From Selenomonadaceae bacterium (lineage in GTDB: Bacteria > Vulcanimicrobiota > Xenobia > Xenobiales > JADMJV01), in the NCBI GenBank assembly GCA_037189585.1, contig JBBCJA010000018.1, positions 887-64,886 on the forward strand: DNA of 64,000 bases, read 5' to 3'. The notes below the pieces were generated by a model. That model searched no databases. It was not told where the DNA came from and saw only the letters and a list, made by a program, of their open reading frames with translations. The position numbers and the translations under genes were made by a program. The first letter of the stretch is position 1. Every line of letters begins with the position of its first letter. Positions 8,657 through 18,273 of the stretch are shown here, one piece after another.

Positions 8657-10264
8657 TTACCCTTCCATCTCTAGTGCGGCTTCCAACAGACGCGTTTCGG
8701 TTTCCGCGTCCAGTCCGTCGTCGATGGTGATAGCCTTGGTCATCAGATAGGCGGCCAGGACCGGGCGCTGTTGGTACAACTGAAAATGAGGTTCGACGAA
8801 CGGGTGAGTGACATTGACCAGCAGCACCTTCCCCTTAGCGAAACCCAACAAGAAACTCTTCCAATTTCTAGGCTTCTCCTGTTGCTCGGCAATAAAAACC
8901 AGCTCATCTTGCTGAACCTGCTCGAGATACAGCTTGTCGGCCAGGCCGCTGGAATGGCGGCCGAAGTCAGCCGGAACGATACCGCGGTAAGGACTTTTCA
9001 GATGGCGCATCAGGCGAGCCGTTTCCGCCAACAGACGCTGTTTATGGTCGGGCAGCTTCGCCAATACCTCGGGAGCGGCCCAAACCTGCTCTACCGGAAG
9101 GGCGGGTTTACCCTCGCCGATTCTAGCGAGCAAGCGCTCCAGTCCCGGCTCCTCCTCAGGGCCTTTCCATAAAAGGACGGGAACACCCAGTTCTTCGGAA
9201 ACTCGTTTGGTCAAAACATTGGAGGCCGAGCCGTAGAGGAACAGTTTGTGCTTTTTGACGGCTTTGCGTAAGGCGCGAATGCTCGCTCGTCCACCATCGA
9301 CGGTGGGCACCAGCGGCATATTCTCGTACTCCGATGGAAGCTTTCGTCCAAAACGAGATCCCAGGTAGCCGAACAACTGATAGTCGTGACTGTTGGCTGC
9401 TTTCTCGAAGAGCTGTTTACGAAAAGGTCCGTTGACGATCTCGGCCAAAAGAGCCATCGCCTTGTCGTAGTTCTTATCGGTCAGGACGTTGTCGCGGGTC
9501 AGGGTATGCTCGAGGTAGCGGCTACTGACTTTAAAGGCGACCCCCGGGAGATACTCCTTTTCCCCTTCACGCAGCGTCAAGCCTCGATTATAGAAACCGA
9601 AGAACGGCTCGGCGGCATCCGATGGCGCCACAACGATCTCGGTCTCACTCCCTTTGTGAACGAACTCGTAAGGATGGCTCAGGCGAAACTCTTGATTGAT
9701 CGACTCGCCATCGACCGTGATCTCTGATTCGACGTGTTTACACCAGTACTGAATCGTCTCGACGGAACGCTTCTTGGCCCTCTCGAACTCGGCTTGACTG
9801 ACCACCTTGACGATCTGGACTTGAGTTCCCTCGACGGGTGTCGACAAAATGATACGATCGAACTTGCGATCCTCGCGGAAGATCAAGCGCCAGTACTCGC
9901 CGTCTTTGCCCGTGTCGACGATAACGGCGTTGGGGTCGAGGGCGAAGACGGAGACGAAACCGATTCCAAACTTACCGACCTTGGTCAAGTCGTTCTCTTT
10001 CGAGGACGAAAACAGTTGAGTCAGCTTGGTATCAATAACACGGCGGGTCATCCCCTCTCCGGTGTCATCGACATGAATGATCATGATCCCCTGCCCGGGA
10101 GTTTCGGAGGGCTTGAACTCGAACCAGATATCAATAGTGGACGAGCCCGCGTCCATGCTATTTTGAATCAGCTCACGCAGACAAGCGTAAGGGTCGGTGA
10201 ACTGATTGACAAGATTTTCAAGGGTGTCGCCGGCTTCGATGGCGACCTGGGTATCCGAGGCCAA
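8657..10264 (-). CDS. GHKL (Hsp90/MORC/sacsin-like) ATPase domain protein
   Basis: N-box ELIQNSMDA, G1 box DDTGEGMT and G2 box GKFGIGFVS occur in the first 130 aa, followed by about 400 aa of unknown C-terminal region. Confidence 0.75.
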   Translation of the reverse strand: MASDTQVAIEAGDTLENLVNQFTDPYACLRELIQNSMDAGSSTIDIWFEFKPSETPGQGIMIIHVDDTGEGMTRRVIDTKLTQLFSSSKENDLTKVGKFGIGFVSVFALDPNAVIVDTGKDGEYWRLIFREDRKFDRIILSTPVEGTQVQIVKVVSQAEFERAKKRSVETIQYWCKHVESEITVDGESINQEFRLSHPYEFVHKGSETEIVVAPSDAAEPFFGFYNRGLTLREGEKEYLPGVAFKVSSRYLEHTLTRDNVLTDKNYDKAMALLAEIVNGPFRKQLFEKAANSHDYQLFGYLGSRFGRKLPSEYENMPLVPTVDGGRASIRALRKAVKKHKLFLYGSASNVLTKRVSEELGVPVLLWKGPEEEPGLERLLARIGEGKPALPVEQVWAAPEVLAKLPDHKQRLLAETARLMRHLKSPYRGIVPADFGRHSSGLADKLYLEQVQQDELVFIAEQQEKPRNWKSFLLGFAKGKVLLVNVTHPFVEPHFQLYQQRPVLAAYLMTKAITIDDGLDAETETRLLEAALEMEG

Positions 10265-10416
10265 CGCTCTTTCTCACCTTTCTTTGGCTGGCAGCTTTCT
10301 GGATGACTCCCTCGGTTGCCTTCCAAGGACCGAGAGAGTCCAAAGACGGCCTCAGATCCTCGTGAAAAAGAGGGAACGGGCTCGAGTGCAGACGACTCAT
10401 GGGCACAGAGCCAAAT

Positions 10417-10446
10417 AAAAAAGCCAGCTCTGGGGCTAGCTTTTTT
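10417..10446 (-). terminator. Terminator-like hairpin downstream of 10470..10865
   Basis: aaaaaagc (10417-10424) is the exact reverse complement of gctttttt (10439-10446) and flanks a GC-rich loop. It lies 24 nt past the stop codon. Confidence 0.5.
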
Positions 10447-10469
10447 ATTTCTACTGAAAGGAGCTGGAC

Positions 10470-10865
10470 TTACCGGTTATGATAAACCAAGCGGTAAGTG
10501 CCCGGCGGCTCGATCTTGACGAAGAGCCCTGGACGCAGGGAGGTGACAGGAATTCGGTTAGTGTAGCCTAAGTCAGCGACGCGAATACCGCCGGCGTTAC
10601 GCTGTTCAAGCATCGCCAACTGGCCTTCCAGCGACAGCGTCACGCGGTCTTTGAGCCAGGGGCTCTTGAGGCCTTCGATGACGTTGGGCTTGGCCGTGTC
10701 CTGGACCGGCATCGCCGGCGTGATGCCGACACTTTGGGTCAGTGCCTTACGCTGCGCGGCCAAGGCCTGATGGGGGTCGTAACCGCTCAGACTGGATCCG
10801 GAATAGGGATCACGGCTCTTCTTTGCTCGGATCTCCTCAATTTTGTCGCGATAATTATCGGCCAC
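10470..10865 (-). CDS. Hypothetical protein
   Basis: 131-aa ORF with no recognisable domain. Confidence 0.55.
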   Translation of the reverse strand: MADNYRDKIEEIRAKKSRDPYSGSSLSGYDPHQALAAQRKALTQSVGITPAMPVQDTAKPNVIEGLKSPWLKDRVTLSLEGQLAMLEQRNAGGIRVADLGYTNRIPVTSLRPGLFVKIEPPGTYRLVYHNR

Positions 10866-10903
10866 GCGGAACTCCTCGATAAACTTTGGGACGCCTCATC
10901 TTA

Positions 10904-12100
10904 TCACGAACCCGGGTCCTTTGTCACGGCCCAAATGCGCCCTTTTCCGTCGTCGGAAACAAGGATCGTGCCATCGGCAAGCTCGCACACGTCGACCGGT
11001 CGACCATGCACCGGGTGATTTCCGTTCTCTTCACCCAAAAATCCCCAGAGGAAGGGCTTCACAGGATAGGAGGGATCTTTGAGATCGACCGTGACAACCT
11101 GATAACCGACGGGCGAGCTTCTATTCCATGATCCGTGTTGAGCCACCAACAGTTTCCCCTCGAGAATCCCCTGCCAAAGAGGATTTCTGGGGAAATGACA
11201 GCCGAGAGGCGCGACGTGAGCCTGAAACTTGACTAAGGGAAGCCGATAATCTCTCTTGGGAGCCTTCGAGCCGTACTCGGGGTCGGGTTGATTGTCGCCC
11301 CAGAAATAAGGAAATCCGAAATGTGTTCCCGTCTCTTTTTTGGCTAGCCGATTGAGTTCGCAAGGGGGAATGTCGTCGCCCATCATATCCCGTCCGTTGT
11401 CGGTGAAGTAGAGGTCCCCGCTGGTGGGATGCCAGTCGTAACCGACGGAGTTACGAACTCCGTGAGCCTCCACGCGGAAATCCGTTCCGTCGGGCAAAAA
11501 GCTACACACGCTGGCGAAACGCTCGTCGTCGGTCCGTTCGCAGACGTTGCAGGGCGCCCCGATGGAGATGTAGAGCCGTCCGTCGGGACCCGCCTTAAGA
11601 TAACGCCAGCCATGATGCTTTTCCGGAGGGAGATTCTCCAGCACGACCTCTCCTTGAATCCCCTTGGCGAAACCCTTGGACTTGCTATACCTGACCACTC
11701 GGAGAAGCTCCGCCACGTAGAGATCGTCTCCCAGGAAAGCTACCCCGTTGGAGCCGTTGAGTCCGTCCTGAAAGACCTCGACCTTGCTCGCCTTTTGGCC
11801 CTCGATCGTCACCTTGTGGACCTGTCCCTCGCGGGTTCCGACGAAGAGTAATTTTCCGTCGGGAGACATTGCCAGAGAGCGGGCGTTCGGGACATCGGCC
11901 CATTTCGAAACCCTGAAGCCCTCGGCCACAAAGGGGACGAAACCGTCGGAGGAAGGCGAAGCCGGGGAAGCGGCGGTCTGACTTCCAGACGATCCCGCAG
12001 GCGCCGAGCCGGCCCTATCGGGACAAGCGGTGAGCGCAAGAGTCAGGGACAGAAGCATCACCGAGGTCAATTGACGGCGCTTAGGCGCGAAAACAGCCAT
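10904..12100 (-). CDS. PQQ-dependent sugar (glucose/sorbosone) dehydrogenase-like beta-propeller lipoprotein
   Basis: Blocks HHGWRYLKAGPDGRLYISIGAPCN, NSVGYDWHP..GDLYFTDNGRD and GTHFGFPYFWG are typical of soluble PQQ sugar dehydrogenases. ATG 12100 gives a lipobox (LTLALTAC) and avoids overlapping the divergent gene. Confidence 0.75.
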   Translation of the reverse strand: MAVFAPKRRQLTSVMLLSLTLALTACPDRAGSAPAGSSGSQTAASPASPSSDGFVPFVAEGFRVSKWADVPNARSLAMSPDGKLLFVGTREGQVHKVTIEGQKASKVEVFQDGLNGSNGVAFLGDDLYVAELLRVVRYSKSKGFAKGIQGEVVLENLPPEKHHGWRYLKAGPDGRLYISIGAPCNVCERTDDERFASVCSFLPDGTDFRVEAHGVRNSVGYDWHPTSGDLYFTDNGRDMMGDDIPPCELNRLAKKETGTHFGFPYFWGDNQPDPEYGSKAPKRDYRLPLVKFQAHVAPLGCHFPRNPLWQGILEGKLLVAQHGSWNRSSPVGYQVVTVDLKDPSYPVKPFLWGFLGEENGNHPVHGRPVDVCELADGTILVSDDGKGRIWAVTKDPGS

Positions 12101-12161
12101 ACCCACACTCTTAGCCGCCTCCGACGATAGGACCTTCGCTGCGGTGGTGAAAGCCCCCGTC

Positions 12162-13337
12162 ATGGCAGTAGCGTCACGGTTTGGATGGATACCGTTCTTT
12201 CTGGCTCCGATAGCCATTCTGGCTCGAGGCTACCGGGAGGCCCGAAATAGCATGAGCCTCTCTCTTTTCGAGCCGTTCCCTCGGGGCCGGCTGCCCGGGT
12301 TGTCGATCGTGGTGGCCGCCCGCGACGAAGCCGAGGGGATCCAGGACGCGCTCTCCTCTCTGTTGGCCCAAGACTATCCTCAACTGGAGATCATCTTCGT
12401 CGACGACCGGTCTAGCGACGGCACTTCGGAGATCGCTGACCGACTCCAAAAAGAGCATCCTCAGGGGGACCGGTTGACGGTCGTCCACAACCGAGAGCTC
12501 CCCGATGGCTGGCTGGGCAAAGTGCACGCCCTTCACTTGGGAGTCAAGGCCAGTCGGAATCCCCTCGTTCTCTTGACCGACGCGGATGTAAACTACGCCC
12601 CCCTAGCTCTGCGACGAGCGGTCACGGCGCAACAGGTCCTGGGAGCCGACCATTTGCCGGTAGCGCCCCGTTTTCAGGTGAGCGGCTTCTGGGAGCCCAT
12701 TCTGGTGTCGTACTTCTTCGTGCTTTTCACGGCGCGTTTTCAGCCCTCGACGGTGCATCGCAGAAAAGATCGATTCGTGGGGGTCGGAGCCTTCAATCTG
12801 CTGACCCGGAAATGCTTGGAGCGACTGGAGTTCTTAGAGCCTTTGAAGCTGCAGGTGGTCGACGACCTGCACCTGGGCCGAATGGTCAAGGCCCGGGGAC
12901 TTCGGCAGTTCGCTTTGCTTGGCCAGGACGAGATCTCCGTCCAGTGGTTCACGGGTCTTGCCGGTGTGGTTAAAGGCCTCGAGAAGAACGCTTATGCCGG
13001 ATTAAACTACAGCCTGCTCACGGCGCTTGCCGCAGCCATGGTCTCCACGGCCCCTTTCTGGACCATCCCTCTCTTGGCCTACAAATTCGGATGGGGCCAC
13101 GCCCTGGCCTGGTATCTTTTCCAGATCGGTGTGGGATTTCTGGCCGCTCTGGGGACCGGCGTCGGGACCTGGACCGGGGCGGCCTTTCCCCTGGCCGGTC
13201 TGGTCCTGGGCTACACCATGCTTCGTTCGGCCTTCCTGGCCGAACGACGCCGTGCTATCATCTGGCGTGGCACAAGCTATCCGTTGACCCAGCTCCGCCA
13301 AGCCCATCACGATTTCGTGGAGCGAGAGAAGCTTTAG
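12162..13337 (+). CDS. Family 2 glycosyltransferase, membrane-bound
   Basis: SIVVAARDE..DYPQLEIIFVDDRSSDGT and LTDADV (DxD) are present, with multiple C-terminal TM segments. The start could be ATG 12162 or GTG 12144. Confidence 0.75.
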   Translation: MAVASRFGWIPFFLAPIAILARGYREARNSMSLSLFEPFPRGRLPGLSIVVAARDEAEGIQDALSSLLAQDYPQLEIIFVDDRSSDGTSEIADRLQKEHPQGDRLTVVHNRELPDGWLGKVHALHLGVKASRNPLVLLTDADVNYAPLALRRAVTAQQVLGADHLPVAPRFQVSGFWEPILVSYFFVLFTARFQPSTVHRRKDRFVGVGAFNLLTRKCLERLEFLEPLKLQVVDDLHLGRMVKARGLRQFALLGQDEISVQWFTGLAGVVKGLEKNAYAGLNYSLLTALAAAMVSTAPFWTIPLLAYKFGWGHALAWYLFQIGVGFLAALGTGVGTWTGAAFPLAGLVLGYTMLRSAFLAERRRAIIWRGTSYPLTQLRQAHHDFVEREKL

Positions 13338-14455
13338 CTTTTCGACTTAGCCTCGGCGCGTCTTAGTTCCCAGGGCAAGAGCGCGTGACTGGGGGACAAG
13401 CCCATCGCCTTACGGTAGTCGGCCAGCGCCGACTTGAGATTGTCGGACTGCCCTTCCCTATCGTACATCCGCTCCAGCGTATTGCCCCGAAAGCGAAGAA
13501 GCTCCACGTCGTCGGGATGCCGGGTTAGAGCCTGGTCGAGAATCGTCTTAGCCTTGATCAGGTCACCCGAACGGTAGAGGGCGGCTCCATACTCTCGAGC
13601 CACTTCCGCGTTGTTCGAGTCGTAGACGGAACTGTAGCCCGCCACCGCGTCGTCCACTCGTCCGTCAGCTAAGGCCAGACGAGCCTTGGCCAGAGGGTCC
13701 TCGACCGAAACCGGAGGCTGAGTGACGGCAGGCGTCTGTCCTGTGGCGGGGTCCGAAGTCAAGGGCGGCGCCGTGGTGTTGGAGCTATTAGGAAGCGGGG
13801 CAATGTTGGTCCAATCTCCATTATTAAGCTGGGCGAGCCGCTGCAACTCTACCTGGGCCGGCTGACTACCGACTGCGGCCGCTTTGGTGAATTCATCCTT
13901 GGCTAGCGCCGTCTCTCCCCGAAACAGGCTGATGACCCCTGCCTTATACCAGGTCTCGGCCGGCTGATACTTCCGCTGGGCCAGTTCCAGATAGTCATTG
14001 TAGGCTCCGAACAGGTCCTTTTCCAATTCCTTGAGACGACCGCGCAGAAACTGGGCCCTCAAAGCTGTCTCGGTATCGCGGCTGGTGATGATGATGTTGT
14101 CCACGATCTGCCGCGTCATCACCGTGTTCTGAGCTTTAAAGAACAACTCGGCCAGATCGATACGGTAGTTAGCGGGACGCCGGGCCACCTCGGCTGCGAA
14201 GTCGCCCATCATGGCGAAGCGGAAAGCGTCGTCCACGTGGTTGTACTCGATACCCCAGCGGACCCGCTTGTCCACGTTGGTAAAAAACTCGTCGTTGAGC
14301 AGGCGGCGGTTAGTCTCCAGATGCCGTCGCCATTCGGTGGGAGGAACGGCGAACATTTCGTTCAGCATCTCCCCCGAAGTCGAGGCGGCCCATGCCGTCG
14401 TCCACAAAGTCATGCCCAACAGCGCCGCGGCGCTCCAACGTTTCCAACCTTTCAT
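13334..14455 (-). CDS. Secreted TPR-repeat protein
   Basis: Signal peptide (AALLGMTLWTTAWA) and repeated helical A/Y/G-spaced TPR-like units in both halves. Confidence 0.55.
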   Translation of the reverse strand: MKGWKRWSAAALLGMTLWTTAWAASTSGEMLNEMFAVPPTEWRRHLETNRRLLNDEFFTNVDKRVRWGIEYNHVDDAFRFAMMGDFAAEVARRPANYRIDLAELFFKAQNTVMTRQIVDNIIITSRDTETALRAQFLRGRLKELEKDLFGAYNDYLELAQRKYQPAETWYKAGVISLFRGETALAKDEFTKAAAVGSQPAQVELQRLAQLNNGDWTNIAPLPNSSNTTAPPLTSDPATGQTPAVTQPPVSVEDPLAKARLALADGRVDDAVAGYSSVYDSNNAEVAREYGAALYRSGDLIKAKTILDQALTRHPDDVELLRFRGNTLERMYDREGQSDNLKSALADYRKAMGLSPSHALLPWELRRAEAKSKS

Positions 14456-14532
14456 GGTCCAACCTCCGTGGCGGGGCCTCTTCTCAAAGAGACTCGCTCG
14501 CCCTTCTTTAACCCAAAGTGTGCCGTCAAACC

Positions 14533-15507
14533 CTAATCGGCCGCGGAGGTTTCGGCTCCCAAGACCGTATTTAACACGTCGAGAGCGAAACGGTCCGCGG
14601 TGAACCAGTCATGATGCCCGTCCTCCACCACCGGGGGGCAGCCGTTGTTCACTCCCCGTTCGGCCAGAGCCTGAACCAGTTGCTGGTTACGGTAGTAGTT
14701 GGAGTCCCCCGGCTCAGCCCATTCGGGCCCGCTGGCTAAAAAAAACCTTGTCCGGTGAAGTTGACCCACAGGCAGATTCTGAGCCAACCAGACGGGCGAA
14801 TGAGCCTTAATTCTAGCCGGGTCGGCCGGTCGACCGAAGATCGGGTCGAAGAGAGGATGGCGCAAAATCGAGTCGTTGGGGCGAATCGGATGGTAGGGGA
14901 AAGAGCCGTCATAAGAGGCCACCACGGAAAAGAGGCCCGGGTTTCGTAGCGCCAGTTGGCACGCGTTAAACCCCCCAAGGGAGAACCCGATAGCGATTCG
15001 ACGAGGATTCAGTAGACCTAAAGATTCCTCAATCTTAGGAAGAAACTCCCAGCGGTAGCTAGTCTCGAAAGCTCCGATCCCGCCTCCTAGAAAGAGTCCC
15101 TTGTTCGCCAGCGAAGGCTCTTTCCAATCGACGGCAAGGGTCAATCCCTGTCGATCATCGCCTCCAAAATCGGGAAAAAGCAGCAAACAGGGAGGCAAAA
15201 GACCGGCCGCGACCCTCTCTTCCAACAGATCGACGAAAGATAGAGGTCGCTCGAGGATATGTTTTGTCCGCGAGCCGTCCTCTTCGGGGTGAAACCATTC
15301 ACTAAAGTGCCCCCGGAACAGCGATATCACCACCGGGCTGAGACGGGGCAGAGCCGGTCCACACGTCTGGTAGAGTCCCACAAACCGCCGTAGACCAAGA
15401 GCAGGCGAGAAAAAAGAGACACGCAAAATCTCGCCACGCGGTATGGAGGACAGATCCGCCATCCGCAGCACCTTCGTCCCCCGAACCAGCGCCTTCCACC
15501 CGGACAC
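14533..15507 (-). CDS. Alpha/beta hydrolase (putative esterase family)
   Basis: Nucleophile elbow GFSLGG and a C-terminal DGHHDW block. Confidence 0.55.
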   Translation of the reverse strand: MSGWKALVRGTKVLRMADLSSIPRGEILRVSFFSPALGLRRFVGLYQTCGPALPRLSPVVISLFRGHFSEWFHPEEDGSRTKHILERPLSFVDLLEERVAAGLLPPCLLLFPDFGGDDRQGLTLAVDWKEPSLANKGLFLGGGIGAFETSYRWEFLPKIEESLGLLNPRRIAIGFSLGGFNACQLALRNPGLFSVVASYDGSFPYHPIRPNDSILRHPLFDPIFGRPADPARIKAHSPVWLAQNLPVGQLHRTRFFLASGPEWAEPGDSNYYRNQQLVQALAERGVNNGCPPVVEDGHHDWFTADRFALDVLNTVLGAETSAAD

Positions 15508-15740
15508 AAAGAGGCGGTTTGTGGCCGAGCTCTTTAAACCCTACTTCGAGGATTCGGTCGAGAACTTTCGTATAAGAGTACTCTGGGCAAAGCGAAGAAA
15601 AAAAACTCTTCAGAATTGACGGCGATCACCGTCGAGCTTGCTGCTATTGAAGCCGATCTTCGCACCTCCACTGTCAGCTTTTGTCGCGCGCGACTGCGTC
15701 AAGTCTTGGAACGACTCCGCCAACTCAGCGAGGCCTCTAA

Positions 15741-16088
15741 ATGAAACGTTGGTTCGCCATTGCCCTGGCCTTAACGCTGCTCTCTTGTGCCAAGGGACAT
15801 CCCATGGCTGGACAATGGAAAGGGGTCGACGCCGAGGGTCAAGAGGTCGTGCTCTTTCTCTCGCGTGACGGCAAATTTGAAGCTGTGGCTAAAGGGGAAA
15901 GACTGAAAGGCACCTGGGCTGTCGACGATAAAGTGGAACCGAACCGTATCGATCTCGACTTCGAGGGGAAAAAAATCAGTTCCATCGCGAAAGTCCAGGA
16001 AGACAATCTGATGATCGAGCCGGTCGGCCCCGACGGTAAGCTACCCACCGTCTTCAGCAACAAGGCCACCTACTACAAGAGGCAGTAA
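15741..16088 (+). CDS. Small lipoprotein (lipocalin-like; tentatively TIGR03067-like)
   Basis: Lipobox LLSCAKG. The G.W.G...G....L.....F...G.W..D....P..ID pattern resembles that family. Confidence 0.6.
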   Translation: MKRWFAIALALTLLSCAKGHPMAGQWKGVDAEGQEVVLFLSRDGKFEAVAKGERLKGTWAVDDKVEPNRIDLDFEGKKISSIAKVQEDNLMIEPVGPDGKLPTVFSNKATYYKRQ

Positions 16089-17002
16089 TGAAAAAGACCA
16101 CATCTCTGTTTTTGATACTTTGTCTCGCCGGCACCGCGGCCCTGGCCACGCCGAACTGGAATAAGCTCCGAGTCGACGCCGAACCAGGTGTGGGAGTTGC
16201 CGGACTCAAGCTCAACGAAGCGATTCCCAAAGAGTGGCCGGCGGAGCTAGGAGCTCCCGACCTGTCCTACCGCTACCATGACACAGGCGAGGGATTCCGA
16301 CGTTACTACTGGGGTAAAACCGAGGCTGGTCAGCTAAGTAAAGGGATAGAGGTTCGCACCATCGGGAGAACCTTGGAATCGAGCACCGTGGTGGACATTC
16401 TGGTTCGTGGGATTCGCGCCACTGTTTCAGAAGAAGAGCTCTTTCTCGGTCTACCGGTCGAGCGCCTGGGAAAACGCTCCAAAAGCGTCCAGCGTGATGG
16501 AATGACCACCTATATTCTGCCTGGCCTCATTTTAGAAGCCCAGGACGGAAAACTGTCGGCCCTTCGGGTCAGTTCCCCCGCGGGGACGCGATGGCGATTC
16601 ACCAAGTGGACAGTCCGACCCGGTCAGGAAGTTGGCCCGATCAAACTGGACCGACCGCTGGACGAGACCCTTTTCGCCGACATCGGAGAGCCCCACAAAA
16701 AAAGCAAGACGGAGATGGTCTGGTCCTCCCCCGACGGGACCCAACGCTTGGAGATAGAACTCGACGAACGCTCCTCTGTGGTCAAAAGGATTCGTGGAAT
16801 CGGTCTACCCTGGCGTACCGAGGGCGGTGTCTCGTTGGGAGACTCCACGGCGACCTACCAAGCCAAACATCCTCAGGCGAAAGCCGATATGGGGCGCGAA
16901 TACGGAGACACGGTGGCCAAGCTACCAGGTCTTCGCGCCAACTTTGTCAATGGACGGCTGCGTAGCTTCGATCTCTATCCGATCCCCCAAACAGGGATCT
17001 AG
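16088..17002 (+). CDS. Secreted hypothetical protein
   Basis: 304-aa ORF with a signal peptide (LILCLAGTAALA). Its start overlaps the stop of the upstream lipoprotein gene. Confidence 0.65.
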   Translation: MKKTTSLFLILCLAGTAALATPNWNKLRVDAEPGVGVAGLKLNEAIPKEWPAELGAPDLSYRYHDTGEGFRRYYWGKTEAGQLSKGIEVRTIGRTLESSTVVDILVRGIRATVSEEELFLGLPVERLGKRSKSVQRDGMTTYILPGLILEAQDGKLSALRVSSPAGTRWRFTKWTVRPGQEVGPIKLDRPLDETLFADIGEPHKKSKTEMVWSSPDGTQRLEIELDERSSVVKRIRGIGLPWRTEGGVSLGDSTATYQAKHPQAKADMGREYGDTVAKLPGLRANFVNGRLRSFDLYPIPQTGI

Positions 17003-18255
17003 GGTGTGTTTTTGAGCCGTGAGGTGATGTAGCCCGCCGCGGGCATCCGACTCAAGTTTTCCAGGACGGTCTGGCGCAACTCGGTCCCGACGTCACGGAT
17101 CTCTTCCAAGACGCGGGCGAACCGGTCATCTCTTAAGATCTTGAGAGTACTCAGGTCTTTCCCCAGGTCGCGCGCATCGATCAGCGCGACCAGTCCGGGA
17201 CAGTTGAGAGACTGATCGACGGAGTCGATAACGACTCCGTCCTCCACGAAGTAGATCCTGGCTTTAGGGTCTAGCTGCATTCGTATGGCGTAAGCTCGTT
17301 CGAGTCCGGTTCCCGGAGCAAGCTCGCCTCGATTGGAAACAGTGGCGTGATTCTCCACGGAAACGCGAAAGCCGGACGTCGAGCGAGCCGGAATCAGCCG
17401 CTCCACCAGGTGGTGCTTCGGCACCGCGGCGCTTGCGACCAGGTCCTCCTGGCTGAACATGCTAGTGAAAAGCGAAACCTTACTTTTTCCGGGGTCGGGG
17501 TCTCCACTGATATCGTAACCGGGATACCGGGGCTGGCCGAATCTGCGGTCGCTCACAGACTTACCGTCGAGACAGACATCGCAAGTGGAAAACTGGCAAA
17601 AGTCGTGCACCACCAGGTTCTCACGATCATACGATCCGGGTCGGCGGAAAAAGAGGTCAAAGATGTCGGTATTGAGAGCGAACCAGCCGGAGGACAATCG
17701 CTCTTCCACGCTACGGTTGAGGACCAACTGAAACGCGGTGCCTTGAATTTCCGTCGAGCGCCGTCCCCGATCCCGCCAACCACCCGCGGCCAGGTCGTAG
17801 TCGCGTCTTTCCCCATCCTGAACCAGCGCGATCTGGATCTGACGCGGCCTGGTCTTCAGGCTGCCCTGCAGTCCGGCGGCCAGGTGACGAAGACAAGGAT
17901 CGGAATGATTAGCATCCACCAACAGGTGGCCGAGAAGGTCGTCGATACTGGTAAATCCCGCCGGAACGGTATCGGAGTTGACCGCCACGCTGTGGACCCC
18001 AGCTTTGATGTCAACCCGGCCGGCCCCCGACAGGTGTAGCGCCTGAACGACTTTGAGAATCCAGTGATAGCTGGAGGGGAGCTGAAACTCCGCCAGTTTC
18101 TCGATGGCCTTCTTAGGGTCCAGGGTGAAAGCTCCGGTCGAGTCGACCTCGCCCGCCTCCCGATAACGGCCCAGCAGATCTTCCATGCCCAAAATGGCGT
18201 CACTCACCAGGGGTTCTTTGCCTCCAAACGGCCATCCCCTCCACGCATCTGGCAT
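16999..18255 (-). CDS. Hypothetical protein, divergent from the FHA-cyclase gene
   Basis: 418-aa ORF. The N-terminal FTLDPKKAIEKLAEFQLPSSYHWILKVVQALHLSGAGRVDI block looks like a degenerate GHKL N-box region (weak). Confidence 0.6.
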   Translation of the reverse strand: MPDAWRGWPFGGKEPLVSDAILGMEDLLGRYREAGEVDSTGAFTLDPKKAIEKLAEFQLPSSYHWILKVVQALHLSGAGRVDIKAGVHSVAVNSDTVPAGFTSIDDLLGHLLVDANHSDPCLRHLAAGLQGSLKTRPRQIQIALVQDGERRDYDLAAGGWRDRGRRSTEIQGTAFQLVLNRSVEERLSSGWFALNTDIFDLFFRRPGSYDRENLVVHDFCQFSTCDVCLDGKSVSDRRFGQPRYPGYDISGDPDPGKSKVSLFTSMFSQEDLVASAAVPKHHLVERLIPARSTSGFRVSVENHATVSNRGELAPGTGLERAYAIRMQLDPKARIYFVEDGVVIDSVDQSLNCPGLVALIDARDLGKDLSTLKILRDDRFARVLEEIRDVGTELRQTVLENLSRMPAAGYITSRLKNTP

Positions 18256-18273
18256 TGAGAGGTCTCCTTACTC

